Notes: generated by a model from the letters alone, not told the origin. A stretch of DNA of 64,000 bases from Candidatus Terraquivivens tengchongensis (GCA_023261845.1 JALNJZ010000006.1:1-64000); one strand, 5' to 3'. Numbered from the stretch's first letter, positions 31,016 through 41,589 are shown. Translations and numbers: made by a program.

Positions 31016-32845
31016 ATGTCTACATCCGCCCACAGGTTCAGAGGCAGGGATTTTGCACCAACCATTTCCCAAAGATTGCTCTTGGAAAAGCTCGACAGAG
31101 GTTACGCTAAGCTGGCTAAGGTTGACCAAAGAATGCTGCCTCTGTCGCATGAATCCGTGCCAGAACCTACAATATACGTTGACGGTAAACCAGCGTCCGT
31201 GCTCAGCATAGGTTCTGAGCTGAAGTTGGGAGAAGATGCTCAATTCGAAAAATTTTCTGCCGTCCGATGGATGACGGAGTTCGTCTCAGGACTTTATGGA
31301 CCGTTTAGAATGAATAAGTTGATAATAGACGAGGGTGGTCTAAAGTATTTGGCAAGCGATATTAGGACTATTCTGATGAAAGCAGGATTAGCACATCCAA
31401 TAGCCCAGCTCATGGCAGGCGCTGGTTTGGCGGTGTCCAAGACTGTGGGCGACGGTGCTGTGTATACCGTCATCTTAAGCGGTAAGATTTTAGAAAGATG
31501 TCAGGAGCTTATGCTAAAAGGGGTTAGCGTATCAACAATACTTGACGGGCTCCTAGAAGCGCTCAACCAAACCCTACAAACAGTGGAACGGCTGTCAATC
31601 GACGTTTCATCTCAACGCGAAAAGATGTTGATGTCGGTTATAGAAACGAGCATACTGAATAGGCTGCCTGAACACGTTCGGCATAAGTTTGCGAGTATTT
31701 TACACAAGGTGGTGGAAATTGTCGGAATAGATGAGTTAATGTCTGTTGACGTGGACAAAGTAGTTGACGTTAAAGCTGTCGAGAGCGGAACACTCGATGA
31801 ATCGTTAGTTTTAGATGGTGTTGCCGTTTTCAAAGAAATGGCACATCCAGACATGCCGAAAAAGATAAAGGCCGCGAGGGTTGCCGTACTCAAAGATGAA
31901 CTGCGAGTACATGAAAAAATTGGACGCCAACTAAACTATTCCTTGGAACTTGGTGATGTAGGATTAAAGGAGCTGCTAGACAATAAAAATGCATACGTAT
32001 CCGACTTGGTTAAAAAAATCATCGATCTGAATGTTGACTTCGTGGTTATCGAGAAAGGAGCAAACCCCATGGCTATTGAACAATTAGCAAAGGCAGGAAT
32101 TGGTGCTATATACGGACTTCCGCACCCAGAAGTTGAGTTGATAGCTAGAGCAGTTAACGCGCTGCCGACAAAAGTGATGCTCCTAGAAGAGTCAGACATT
32201 GGCTGGGCAGGAATCGTAGAGGAAGTTGAGTTTGATGGGAAGAAAACGATACTCATCCACGAATGTAAGAAGCCTAGAAGTGTTAGCATTCTGCTTAGGG
32301 GCGTAACGAACTTATTACAAAGTGACGTGGAGAGGAGTCTCAAGCACTCCCTTCCGATATTCTCCCTTGTTAGAGAGTGTTGTAAGGTTGTCTATGGTGG
32401 CGGTGCCTTCGAGATAGAGTTGTCGCTACGCCTTAAAGAGTATGCTGAGAGCATTCCAGACAAGAGGCAGTTGGTCATTAAATCTGTAGCGGACGCGTTC
32501 GAGGACGTAGTATCGATTTTGTCTAAAAACCTAGGTCAAGATTTTGTGGAGGTGTTAAGCAAGCTGAAGTCAGAGCACGTATCTGGAAAAATCGATGCAT
32601 GTGTTAATTATGAATGTGGTGTTGCGAGTGCTAAAGAGCTAGGCTTATACGAGTTGTCTGCTGTTAAGCAACAGGCCATTAAGACTGCCTTCGAGCTTGC
32701 ATACACCATCCTGAGAATAGATGGAATAATAACCGGTAGAAAGTTATCAGAGTCTGAATATTATTATGTAAAAAGGATTAAAGGGACTTCTCCAGAAAAA
32801 TTGAGGGAGCTTAAGAAAGAATACGGTCTTGAGACATTAGAATAG
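31016..32845 (+). CDS. Divergent group II chaperonin (thermosome/TCP-1-like)
   Basis: YGP.RMNKLI, HPIA, VGDGA, SILLRG, YGGGAFE, ILRID. TATA box at ~30983-30990. Confidence 0.85.
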   Translation: MSTSAHRFRGRDFAPTISQRLLLEKLDRGYAKLAKVDQRMLPLSHESVPEPTIYVDGKPASVLSIGSELKLGEDAQFEKFSAVRWMTEFVSGLYGPFRMNKLIIDEGGLKYLASDIRTILMKAGLAHPIAQLMAGAGLAVSKTVGDGAVYTVILSGKILERCQELMLKGVSVSTILDGLLEALNQTLQTVERLSIDVSSQREKMLMSVIETSILNRLPEHVRHKFASILHKVVEIVGIDELMSVDVDKVVDVKAVESGTLDESLVLDGVAVFKEMAHPDMPKKIKAARVAVLKDELRVHEKIGRQLNYSLELGDVGLKELLDNKNAYVSDLVKKIIDLNVDFVVIEKGANPMAIEQLAKAGIGAIYGLPHPEVELIARAVNALPTKVMLLEESDIGWAGIVEEVEFDGKKTILIHECKKPRSVSILLRGVTNLLQSDVERSLKHSLPIFSLVRECCKVVYGGGAFEIELSLRLKEYAESIPDKRQLVIKSVADAFEDVVSILSKNLGQDFVEVLSKLKSEHVSGKIDACVNYECGVASAKELGLYELSAVKQQAIKTAFELAYTILRIDGIITGRKLSESEYYYVKRIKGTSPEKLRELKKEYGLETLE

Positions 32846-32874
32846 GAGTTAAAATAAAAATGTTTGGAATTATT

Positions 32875-34284
32875 TTACACCGGAAGTGCAACCTTTAACT
32901 CCTCGAACTTTTTAACGTAGTAGTCGTTGTTGTCGGGAAGGTCCGGCGATAGGAAGTATCTCGTCATTTTTTGTTTATCCTCGACAGAGCCGAGGTCCCT
33001 GAGGTTGCCCCTCGGATGCGGCGTGCCCGTTCTGGGTGGCTCACCTGTCCAGAAGTGCTTGAAGTATACGTCAGGTAGGAATAGTGCATTCTGTAATCTT
33101 TCTGGTAGCGTAGCAAACTCCGGCTTATCAGGCCATATGACTTTCATCACTTCATCTATCGGCAAGTAAGTGCTCTTGCCCTCGTAGAACCAACCGTAGA
33201 ACTCGTCTCCCATGGCATTCTTATAATCCTCCCAAGCCCAAGCGGGCGTCGGATATCCTTGTTTAGTGTAAAGCATCTGCGTGTAAAGCTCGAGGTGCCA
33301 GTTGAGTAGCTTTATGCACTCTTCTGCAACCTCAGGTGAGACTAGAGAAGAGACATAGCCGGAGTTATACCAGAAGAATGGTCCATGCTGTAACGCTGCG
33401 TAGTATGCAGGCGTTCCAGCCTTTCTCGTATCGAAGCACACCGGCTGCCAAGTACTGGCTAGCCATACCTCCCTAGTTGAAAACAGCGTAACTATATCTC
33501 CATAGGAGAACCAGAAAGTCTTTATGAAGCCCTGCTTAACGTATGGTAGAAGATAGTTGAAAACTTTATCGACTTCCTCCGGAGTTAGATTAGTTATAGC
33601 ACCTGAAAACGTCATCTGCTCGGTTGCTTCCAAGTAGTTTGCAGTCTCGCTAAATACCGTAAAACCTTCGTCCTGCATTCCGGTCCTTCCTTTCCACTCC
33701 GGGTTCCAAAGTTCTGAATAAGCCAACGTCCTTTTAGTACCGCCACGCTCCTCATAAGGCACGAACTCAGGGAGGTACGTTACAGAGTCAAAGTTCCACA
33801 TGACTGGAACTGCTACAAGGGTCTTTCCAGGCTCCTTCCAGAGCAGGTAGTTGAACCTCTCTGCTTGAGCTGGCTTGAAGTACTTCTCGACATGGTAGAA
33901 CATGTCCAAGACCTTGTCCGCCCTCCACCTAGGCACCTTCTCAACAGGTATGGCTCTTGCTAGTCCCTCGGCTATGATGGGTCTGTACCTTCCAGAGGCT
34001 GCCACGTCCCATGCAGCAGGGTTGGCCAGTTGTTTCTGGGTCATAACAAAGAAGTCTAAGTAAGTGGTTTCTACGTCGATGCCTGTTAACTTCTCGTACT
34101 CTTTCTCAGCGTCGGGCGGGAAGTAGAACGGATGTGTTGAGTACCTAATCTTCGATGGTTTCGTAATTGTCGGAGTTGGTGGAGCGCTTGTATAGAGGTA
34201 CCATGCCAAACCACCGACAACAGCAGCGGCAGCAACTCCTCCAACAGCGGCTAGGAATTTCCTTCTAGATACTTTTTCCGACAT
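32875..34284 (-). CDS. ABC transporter substrate-binding protein (PotD-like) with a Tat signal
   Basis: SRRKFL twin-arginine motif and hydrophobic anchor; adjacent to permease and ATPase genes. Confidence 0.8.
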   Translation of the reverse strand: MSEKVSRRKFLAAVGGVAAAAVVGGLAWYLYTSAPPTPTITKPSKIRYSTHPFYFPPDAEKEYEKLTGIDVETTYLDFFVMTQKQLANPAAWDVAASGRYRPIIAEGLARAIPVEKVPRWRADKVLDMFYHVEKYFKPAQAERFNYLLWKEPGKTLVAVPVMWNFDSVTYLPEFVPYEERGGTKRTLAYSELWNPEWKGRTGMQDEGFTVFSETANYLEATEQMTFSGAITNLTPEEVDKVFNYLLPYVKQGFIKTFWFSYGDIVTLFSTREVWLASTWQPVCFDTRKAGTPAYYAALQHGPFFWYNSGYVSSLVSPEVAEECIKLLNWHLELYTQMLYTKQGYPTPAWAWEDYKNAMGDEFYGWFYEGKSTYLPIDEVMKVIWPDKPEFATLPERLQNALFLPDVYFKHFWTGEPPRTGTPHPRGNLRDLGSVEDKQKMTRYFLSPDLPDNNDYYVKKFEELKVALPV

Positions 34285-34359
34285 TATTGATTACTTTTTT
34301 ACAAGACATATTTAAATTTTTTTACGAAGAATTATTCATAATATGAGTTTGAGTTTCGT

Positions 34360-35181
34360 TTAACGAACTCTTCTGGACATTATGTAGGCGAATATTGCTA
34401 AGCCTATAAAGGCCACTATCGCGATGATCGTGCCGGCTGCAAACCACTTAGGGGTTATCGGGTTTATCGAAAGCTCGTTTTTGATGTAAGTTGCTAAGGT
34501 GCCCGTACCTTTCATGACGAATTGTGTTCTGATTACTTCGCCCCATGAGAGTAGGAAGCCTATTATAGCTGCCGATATGACCTCGAATATTATCAAAGGC
34601 AACGTTATGCGTCTGAATACGCTGAGGGGACTTGCTTTTAATACGCTAGCTGCGTACTCGTATGTGGCTAGTTCAGGGTCAAACCTTGACATCATGAGTA
34701 TGAGGCCGAAGGGCACCGTGTAAACCGTAAGAATAGCCGCAACAGCTAAGAGGGATGATTCGATGCCGAAAAGCCTGAACATGAAAGTTACACCTAAGCC
34801 AAGCGCAACGCCGGGAACTATGAAGCCCAAGATGAACAAGTAGAATAGCAAGTCCCTACCCACGATTCTCTTTCTAAGAGCTAAAGCAGTCGTGGTAACC
34901 AAGAGGCATGTCAGCAACGCAGTGACGATCGATACGAATAGCGAGTTGTTCAAGGCCGTGAAGAAGTTCTTGTCATGCATTATCGAGATGTATGCGGAAT
35001 ATTCATAACCTGTCGGTGGTTTTATGTACCAGTCTAGCGTAAGGCCCTCTATGGGGAAGCTTATCCTAGCACCGCTCTTGAAGGATAGCAATATCATGAA
35101 GAATACTGGGAGATATATGAAGAGTATGATCAACGCGATGTAAACTTTTGCTAACCTATCTCCCCATCCCATTCCCAACAC
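34360..35181 (-). CDS. ABC permease (PotC-like)
   Basis: FIYLP, TLDWY, EAA-like loop EYAASVLKA. Confidence 0.88.
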   Translation of the reverse strand: MLGMGWGDRLAKVYIALIILFIYLPVFFMILLSFKSGARISFPIEGLTLDWYIKPPTGYEYSAYISIMHDKNFFTALNNSLFVSIVTALLTCLLVTTTALALRKRIVGRDLLFYLFILGFIVPGVALGLGVTFMFRLFGIESSLLAVAAILTVYTVPFGLILMMSRFDPELATYEYAASVLKASPLSVFRRITLPLIIFEVISAAIIGFLLSWGEVIRTQFVMKGTGTLATYIKNELSINPITPKWFAAGTIIAIVAFIGLAIFAYIMSRRVR

Positions 35182-35185
35182 CTCG

Positions 35186-36076
35186 CTAATACACTAACTT
35201 CTTTATATCAACCACCTTTAGAAGCACGTAAAGCACGAGTAGCGCTATTACCACCAAAATTGTCGAAAGCGCGGCGGCGTAAGGCCACACGAAGTTAGCG
35301 GCATAGTTCGCTACCGATAGACCAAGCGTCTGTATACCTCCGGCCCACAGGGCTGGCGTTATGTAGTCTCCTAAGGTGCTTACGAAGACGAATATGAAGC
35401 CCATCACAACGCCGGGAAGCGATAACCTGAAAGTTACGTCAAGGAAGACACGGTGCGGCGGAGCCTTTAGCACTTTGGCCGCATTTATTATATCAGGGTC
35501 TATTCTCGTCAACGCAAGATACGATGGGAATATCATCCAAAGTAGGTAGGTCTGAGGCCAGATTATGAGCAGGGTGCTACGTCCGAATAACAACTCTAAG
35601 GGCTCTTTGATCACACCTAAAGACATGAGGGCATAGTTGATTATACCGCTCTCTCCAAGTATCGGTAGCCAAGCAACAACACGGACGCTCCAGTCAATCA
35701 GGAAGGGTACGAGCAACAAGCTGACTATGAAAAACCTTGCGCGCGCACTCTTAACCCTAAACACCAGAAAGTAAGCCATAGGATAACCGAGCACGAACGA
35801 TATAAAACATGCAAGCAAGGACATCCCGAACGTGTTTAACAGTATTGTCGGCATTTGCGGCGATGTAAAGAATGCAATGTAGTTCTTCAGCGTGAAAGTC
35901 TCAGGACCTGCGATCGTAAACCTTTCAAAAAAGCTTATGCCTACTATCATGCTAAGAGGTATCAGCAAAAAAAGTAGCAAGAGTACAAATCCTGGAAGGA
36001 GCAATAGGTAGCGAGAGTACTTGGCAACCCTATCGATCAAACCCATCTTCAGCTGAGGGGCACTCAAGCCGCACAC
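35186..36076 (-). CDS. ABC permease (PotB-like)
   Basis: GYPMAY, GIIN, AAKVLKA, GDYITP. Confidence 0.88.
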   Translation of the reverse strand: MCGLSAPQLKMGLIDRVAKYSRYLLLLPGFVLLLLFLLIPLSMIVGISFFERFTIAGPETFTLKNYIAFFTSPQMPTILLNTFGMSLLACFISFVLGYPMAYFLVFRVKSARARFFIVSLLLVPFLIDWSVRVVAWLPILGESGIINYALMSLGVIKEPLELLFGRSTLLIIWPQTYLLWMIFPSYLALTRIDPDIINAAKVLKAPPHRVFLDVTFRLSLPGVVMGFIFVFVSTLGDYITPALWAGGIQTLGLSVANYAANFVWPYAAALSTILVVIALLVLYVLLKVVDIKKLVY

Positions 36077-37204
36077 CTACTTTCCGTATATCACTTCTTC
36101 TATGTCCAGCCCTTCTATCATGCACGGCTTCTCTATTAACAGAGCATCCTTTGCGCTCCATCCTAGGAGGTATGTGGACCCAAGCGTGAGGTTGCCTACC
36201 TTCTCGGTGGGAACCGAGACCTTTATCTTTGTATTACCGCCTGCTTGGAACACATACTCCATATAATGACCAAAGTAGTAATAGCTGACGAGTTTCGCCT
36301 CTATTTTGTTGTCGCATAGCCTGGCCTCTTCTCCTATCTTTACGCGTTCAGGTCTTACCGCATATGCTACCTTGTCGCCGGACGGTAAAGCATTCTTGTT
36401 TTTGGGATTTGCCTTGAGCTCGCCTATCTCGGTGTTAAGATAACACAATTCGCCATCCCAAGACTTGATTTGTGCTGAGAATAGGTTTATTTCACCGACG
36501 AACCTTGCGGCAAAGACCGTGGCAGGGTTGTTGTAGACTTCTTCAGGCTTTCCGATCTGTTCTATTACACCCGTGTTCATGACCATAACGGTATCTGCAA
36601 GGTTGAGCGCATGTTCCTGGACGTGGGTCGTCAAGATGAAAGTGTTACCTACTTTCCTGTGAATTTCCTTAAGGTCCTCCATTAGCTTTCTTTGTAGCCT
36701 ATAGTCCACATGGCTGAGTGGTTCATCGAGTAGAAGGATGCTCGGGTTGATGACAAGCGCCCTTGCCAGCGCAACCCTTTGTCTCTGCCCACCGCTCAGC
36801 TCGAGCGGCATCCTCTTCTCCAATCCAGCTAAACCGACTAGCTTCAGAGCTTCCTTTACCTCTTTCTCTATTTCCGATTTGTCCTTTCCTAGCATCCTAA
36901 GACCGAATGCTACGTTATCGAAGACGTTCATGTGGGGGAAGAGGGCATAGTTCTCCAACATCATTGAAACGTCCCTCTTGTACGATGGAACGTTTTTCAT
37001 ATCTACGCCGTTTATGTAAAGCTTCCCGGAGTCGTAATCCAGTATACCTGCGATGATTTTCAAGAGGGTACTCTTACCGCATCCGCTAGGACCGATTATG
37101 ACGAAGAAGTCCCCCGCATCTACGTCAAACGTTACCTTATTGAGTGCTAAAACCTCTTTTCCATACCATTTCACGAGCTCTTTGGTTTCTAAGGCCTTGC
37201 CCAT
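36077..37204 (-). CDS. ABC ATP-binding protein (PotA-like, with TOBE domain)
   Basis: GPSGCGKS, YALFPHM, LSGGQRQR, LLDEP. Confidence 0.93.
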   Translation of the reverse strand: MGKALETKELVKWYGKEVLALNKVTFDVDAGDFFVIIGPSGCGKSTLLKIIAGILDYDSGKLYINGVDMKNVPSYKRDVSMMLENYALFPHMNVFDNVAFGLRMLGKDKSEIEKEVKEALKLVGLAGLEKRMPLELSGGQRQRVALARALVINPSILLLDEPLSHVDYRLQRKLMEDLKEIHRKVGNTFILTTHVQEHALNLADTVMVMNTGVIEQIGKPEEVYNNPATVFAARFVGEINLFSAQIKSWDGELCYLNTEIGELKANPKNKNALPSGDKVAYAVRPERVKIGEEARLCDNKIEAKLVSYYYFGHYMEYVFQAGGNTKIKVSVPTEKVGNLTLGSTYLLGWSAKDALLIEKPCMIEGLDIEEVIYGK

Positions 37205-37363
37205 AGTGGCACCGCACCTTCTTTATTAACTACTTATACTTATATTTTTACAAATTTTAGCACGATTTCCGAGGATTTCTTGTTATGCGTTTTACAATCC
37301 ATTCATCGCACGAAAAACTTATAAGCGCATCTTCTTTCGTTTTGCCCGTCGGAGGAATTTAAA

Positions 37364-38416
37364 ATGAGAATCTTAAAGGAAAAAGAGCTAAAGGATATTG
37401 TATACGGAGCCACTCTACTTGGTGCTGGTGGTGGCGGTTCTCCTGAGAACGGAATGCAACTCGTTAAGAGCATACTGGAAATTAGTGAAGGAGTTCGGAT
37501 GGTAAGCCCGGAGGAAGTGCCGGACTATTGTATGGTAGCGGTCGTGGCGGGCATGGGTGCTCCGGAAGTATTGCTTAAAAGAGGGTGGAAAAACGAGGAC
37601 ATACCTGCCCTCAGATTGTTGGAACAGGTAGTTGGCAGGAAGATGGATTATATTATTGCGATTGAAACCGGAGGCTTTAACTCAATAACTCCGCTCCATG
37701 CTGCTGCGGCAAGCGGTGTTCCGGCAATCGACGGAGATGGGGTAGGAAGGGCCATACCACAGCTGGAGATGACGATGTTCTACGTGCAAAACGTGCCTTT
37801 AGCCCCAGTTACGCTGGCAGATGCTCACGGGAATTCGGCTATCCTTTACCCCGTAGACGCTCCGATGGCCGAAAAGATGGCTAGGGGCATAACCGTGGCT
37901 TTTGGCATGCAAGCCGGCATTGCATGTCACCCCATGGCAGGCTGGCAGATGAAGAAGGCAGTAATAAGCGGAACCTACACGATGGCCGAAAAGGTGGGCA
38001 GGGCCATTAGGGAGGCGAGGGATAAGGGTAAAGACCCCGTCAAGGCTGTAGTGGAAGTCACGAACGGTTTTGAGATCGCCAGGGGGAAGGTTACTAAGAA
38101 GGAAGTCGAAACCAAGGGAGGCTTTGACTATGGAAGGGTCTACGTCGCAGACATACGTGTAGACTATAAGAACGAGAACATGATAGCCTGGAGGGCAGGA
38201 AAACCCATAGCAATATCGCCCGACTTAATATGCTGGATGACGACGGACGGACGGCCCTTAACCAACGCTGATATAAAAGAAGGTTTAGAGGTTGCCGTGA
38301 TAGGAATAAAGGCTTACGAAAAGTGGAGGACGCCCGAGGGGCTTGCCGTGTTCCGTCCAGTCCTCGCCGAGCTGGGCTATACTGGCGAATACATACCCAT
38401 AGAAAAGCTCCTCTAA
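37364..38416 (+). CDS. DUF917-family protein
   Basis: GATLLGAGGGG, MGAP, ETGGFN, DGDGVGRAIP, PDLI. Confidence 0.85.
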   Translation: MRILKEKELKDIVYGATLLGAGGGGSPENGMQLVKSILEISEGVRMVSPEEVPDYCMVAVVAGMGAPEVLLKRGWKNEDIPALRLLEQVVGRKMDYIIAIETGGFNSITPLHAAAASGVPAIDGDGVGRAIPQLEMTMFYVQNVPLAPVTLADAHGNSAILYPVDAPMAEKMARGITVAFGMQAGIACHPMAGWQMKKAVISGTYTMAEKVGRAIREARDKGKDPVKAVVEVTNGFEIARGKVTKKEVETKGGFDYGRVYVADIRVDYKNENMIAWRAGKPIAISPDLICWMTTDGRPLTNADIKEGLEVAVIGIKAYEKWRTPEGLAVFRPVLAELGYTGEYIPIEKLL

Positions 38417-38481
38417 AATCGGAACCACAATACTGTAAAGACCCAAAACACCTTTTATCCTACTTTTTTGTTTACAAGTAT

Positions 38482-39234
38482 ATGCGAAAAGTAAGGGTCC
38501 TAGTAGTTCTTCCCATATTGAAGAATCCTGCTTTGGAGGAAGTTACGCGAAGAGAAATCGAGCAAATCCGAGATGAAAACCTTGAGGTGAGCTTGGTCAG
38601 CTTAGAACAAGGGCCGGCCTCTATTGAGTCAGAATTTGATGACAGGATAGCATCGCCTTGGGTTCTGGAGAAGGTTAAGGAAGCTGAGGTTAATGGTTTT
38701 GATGCCGTGTTCCTGGATTGTATGGGAGATATAGCCCTGAATGCTGCAAAGGAAATCGTGAGAATACCCGTGATCGGTCCGTGTCAAGCTACGATGGCGA
38801 TGGCGTCGATGCTCGGTGATAGGTTCTCGGTGATCACTATCTTAGAGAACGTAGTCCCACTTTTTTGGAGAAAGGCCAGAGAATATGGTTTCATACAAAA
38901 CCTTGCATCGGTAAGGTCCGTGGAGGTGCCTGTGCTCGAGTTGGATACGAAGAGAGAGTTAGTTAAGGAGAAGTTGGTCGAGGAATCAAAGATTGCGATA
39001 AAGGAAGATGGTGCTGATGTGATAATCTTAGGATGTACAGGGATGGTAGGTATGGCAAAAGACGTTCAGGAAGTTGTAGGCGTACCGGTCATAGACCCGG
39101 TACCGGTATCGATAAAGCTCGCCAAACTCATGGCGGAACTTAGGCTCATCCATAGTCGCAAAGCCTATCCAAAACCACCATCTAAGCTGAGAAAGTTCCC
39201 GGGGATGTCGGAGCTGCTACTCGAGAAAATTTAA
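38482..39234 (+). CDS. Hydantoin/Asp/Glu racemase family protein
   Basis: GPASIE, DCMGD, ILGCTGM, PVIDP. The start MRKVRV is at 38482. Confidence 0.88.
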   Translation: MRKVRVLVVLPILKNPALEEVTRREIEQIRDENLEVSLVSLEQGPASIESEFDDRIASPWVLEKVKEAEVNGFDAVFLDCMGDIALNAAKEIVRIPVIGPCQATMAMASMLGDRFSVITILENVVPLFWRKAREYGFIQNLASVRSVEVPVLELDTKRELVKEKLVEESKIAIKEDGADVIILGCTGMVGMAKDVQEVVGVPVIDPVPVSIKLAKLMAELRLIHSRKAYPKPPSKLRKFPGMSELLLEKI

Positions 39235-39257
39235 CACCAATCCAATTTTTTGAGGCA

Positions 39258-40892
39258 TTACTTTGATGCTTTGCTGAGCTCCTCTTCCCTCAAAAGCCTT
39301 CTATGAACCTTACCCGCAGACGTCAGAGGCAGCTCCTTTCTGAACTCCACCTCCCTCACAAGCTTGTACGGCTCCAGTCTTTCCTTCAGGAAGTTGATCA
39401 GCTCGTCCGCCGTCAGCTGGGCTCCGTCCTTCAACACAACAAATGCTTTTGGCACCTCACCCGCAACCGGGTCGGGCTTGCCAACGACCGCGCAAAGCTT
39501 CACGGCTGGATGTTCGTATATGACATCTTCGACCTCCCTCGGGTATACTGAATAGCCTTTATGTTTGATGAGGTCCTTCTTCCTGTCGACGATGTAGAAG
39601 TATCCGTCTTCGTCCATCTTTGCCACGTCGCCCGTGTATAGCCAGCCGTCCCTCAGCACCTCCCTAGTCTCTTCGGGCCTCTTCCAGTAGCCTAGCATGA
39701 CCTGCGGCCCCTTTATGACAAGCTCGCCTATCTCTCCGGGAGGTAACGTCTTGCTTCCAGTCTCAAGGTCAACTATCCTTGCATCTACATCAGGCCAGGG
39801 TAAGCCGATGGAGCCTATCTTGACGGATTTCATGCTGGGGTCAACCGGGTTTGTATGCGTTCCAGGTGAGCACTCTGTTAGACCATAGCCTTCCACGAGT
39901 ACGCCACCTGTAAGCTGGATGAATTTTCTCTGAACTTCCGGTGGGAGTGGAGAGCCGCCAGATATACAACATCTTATTGACCTGAGGTTATAAGATTGCA
40001 CCTCAGGTGATGCAACTATAAGCGCATACATCGTCGGCACGCCACAAAAAACTGTTACACCATAACTCTGAATTGTCTCCAAAACTTTCTTTACGTCAAA
40101 CTTTTGAAGTAGAACGATCGTTCCGACAGTATAGATTGGCGCATTCATCGATGTCGTCATCCCGAATATATGGGAGAGTGGTAGCACCGTTAGAAAGACT
40201 TCTTTTGCAGGTCTACATCTTGTCCAGACCGAGAACGCTATAGCATTCGATACCATGTTGAAGTGCGTTAGCATTGCCCCTTTGGGTGTACCCGTCGTTC
40301 CTCCAGTATACTGGAGACAGGCAAGATCCCTCTTCGGATTTATCTCGACTTTTGGTGGTTCCGGAGAGTATTTCGATAACACCACGTCAAACCAATGGTA
40401 ATTTCCTTCTGGGAGCTGGGGCGGTTTGTTTGTGTCACCACCTGTTACGAATATTCTCTTAACTTTGGTTGAAGATGCAACCTTAAGAAATGTAGGAAGT
40501 AAAGGCTCGTAAACGACCAAGCTCTCAGCCTCAGAGTCGTTAAGCTGGAAGAGCAACGTGTTCTCACGTGCCAGCGGGCTTATGGTTGTCACCACACAAC
40601 CAGCCTTAAGCGCACCATAGTATGCTATCAAGAACTGCGGCATGTTAGGTAAGAAAAGCGCAACCCTATCACCCCTGGCCGCATCCATGCTGATCAGCAC
40701 ATTTGCGAAGCGGGATGCTAATTCGTTCAGCTCACGATACGTCAACCTATACCCATTCTCGCCAGAAACGACCGCGATCTTTTCCGGATAGGCCGAGGCG
40801 GAGCGCTCCAACAGACCATGAAGCGGCATCTCTGGATAATCTATAGACCTAGGTACGCCTTCGGGGTAGAACCTGTACCAGGGCCGATCCAT
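39258..40892 (-). CDS. Long-chain fatty acid--CoA ligase (AMP-binding family)
   Basis: YTGGTTGTPKG, EGYGLTE, TGD, DRKKD. Confidence 0.92.
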   Translation of the reverse strand: MDRPWYRFYPEGVPRSIDYPEMPLHGLLERSASAYPEKIAVVSGENGYRLTYRELNELASRFANVLISMDAARGDRVALFLPNMPQFLIAYYGALKAGCVVTTISPLARENTLLFQLNDSEAESLVVYEPLLPTFLKVASSTKVKRIFVTGGDTNKPPQLPEGNYHWFDVVLSKYSPEPPKVEINPKRDLACLQYTGGTTGTPKGAMLTHFNMVSNAIAFSVWTRCRPAKEVFLTVLPLSHIFGMTTSMNAPIYTVGTIVLLQKFDVKKVLETIQSYGVTVFCGVPTMYALIVASPEVQSYNLRSIRCCISGGSPLPPEVQRKFIQLTGGVLVEGYGLTECSPGTHTNPVDPSMKSVKIGSIGLPWPDVDARIVDLETGSKTLPPGEIGELVIKGPQVMLGYWKRPEETREVLRDGWLYTGDVAKMDEDGYFYIVDRKKDLIKHKGYSVYPREVEDVIYEHPAVKLCAVVGKPDPVAGEVPKAFVVLKDGAQLTADELINFLKERLEPYKLVREVEFRKELPLTSAGKVHRRLLREEELSKASK

Positions 40893-40956
40893 TTTATTCT
40901 AAAAGAAAGAATTAGCGCACTATATAAGCTTAAGACGGGGTCGCTTTTTTATCCCG

Positions 40957-41004
40957 AATTAGTTCAGCACCGCAGAAATTTTTTTCCAGCATGCTGAACT
41001 AATT
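40957..41004. repeat. Perfect 13-bp inverted repeat with a 22-bp spacer
   Basis: AATTAGTTCAGCA (40957-40969) and TGCTGAACTAATT (40992-41004). Confidence 0.85.
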
Positions 41005-41119
41005 ACTCTATATACTCTAAGAACGAGTACCAATCAATACTTAATTATCAATTAGGGCGAGCATGGGTATAATGCAAATGCTTGGTTTAACTAAATCATA
41101 ATCCTAAATGGGCATTTTG

Positions 41120-41578
41120 TTAATATTTGATGCTGATGTACAAAAGAACGACGAGTGCCGCAAATGTGAATAGGTCGGGCAATAATGCAAACGGTCCCAG
41201 ACCGAACGGCCTAAACCCGCAAGCCCACATTATCAAAGGGTTAGAGGTAAGGGCGTATAGGAACAAGATTACCGAAAATATTATCAGCCCGACAGTAAAC
41301 TCAGACCTAGTTTTTCTGTATATGTCAACGTACACTATCAGCAAGAAGATTAAAAGAGCTATGTTGACAGTTGAGACAACAGTCTTCGCTATGTAGAAAA
41401 ACTCTATGTCTCCTGGGATGACGTACAGATGAAATCTAGGACGCCATGCAAGCTGGAAATACCAAAGCGTAGATGCCATCCACATAATAATCAACATTAC
41501 AGCTATCACAAGAATTGGCAGAAGTATGAATAATAACCAAGCCGTAGATCTTTGGCTCATTTTATCATTCATTTGCAT
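41120..41578 (-). CDS. Hypothetical membrane protein co-transcribed with the ArsR-like regulator
   Basis: About four TM helices; start uncertain (41602, 41578 or 41572). Confidence 0.7.
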   Translation of the reverse strand: MQMNDKMSQRSTAWLLFILLPILVIAVMLIIMWMASTLWYFQLAWRPRFHLYVIPGDIEFFYIAKTVVSTVNIALLIFLLIVYVDIYRKTRSEFTVGLIIFSVILFLYALTSNPLIMWACGFRPFGLGPFALLPDLFTFAALVVLLYISIKY

Positions 41579-41589
41579 CACCCCCTTTT

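Noticed and set aside
38323-38481. N-terminal extension of the racemase ORF
   Set aside because: Overlaps the DUF917 gene and intergenic T-runs; family similarity starts at ATG 38482.
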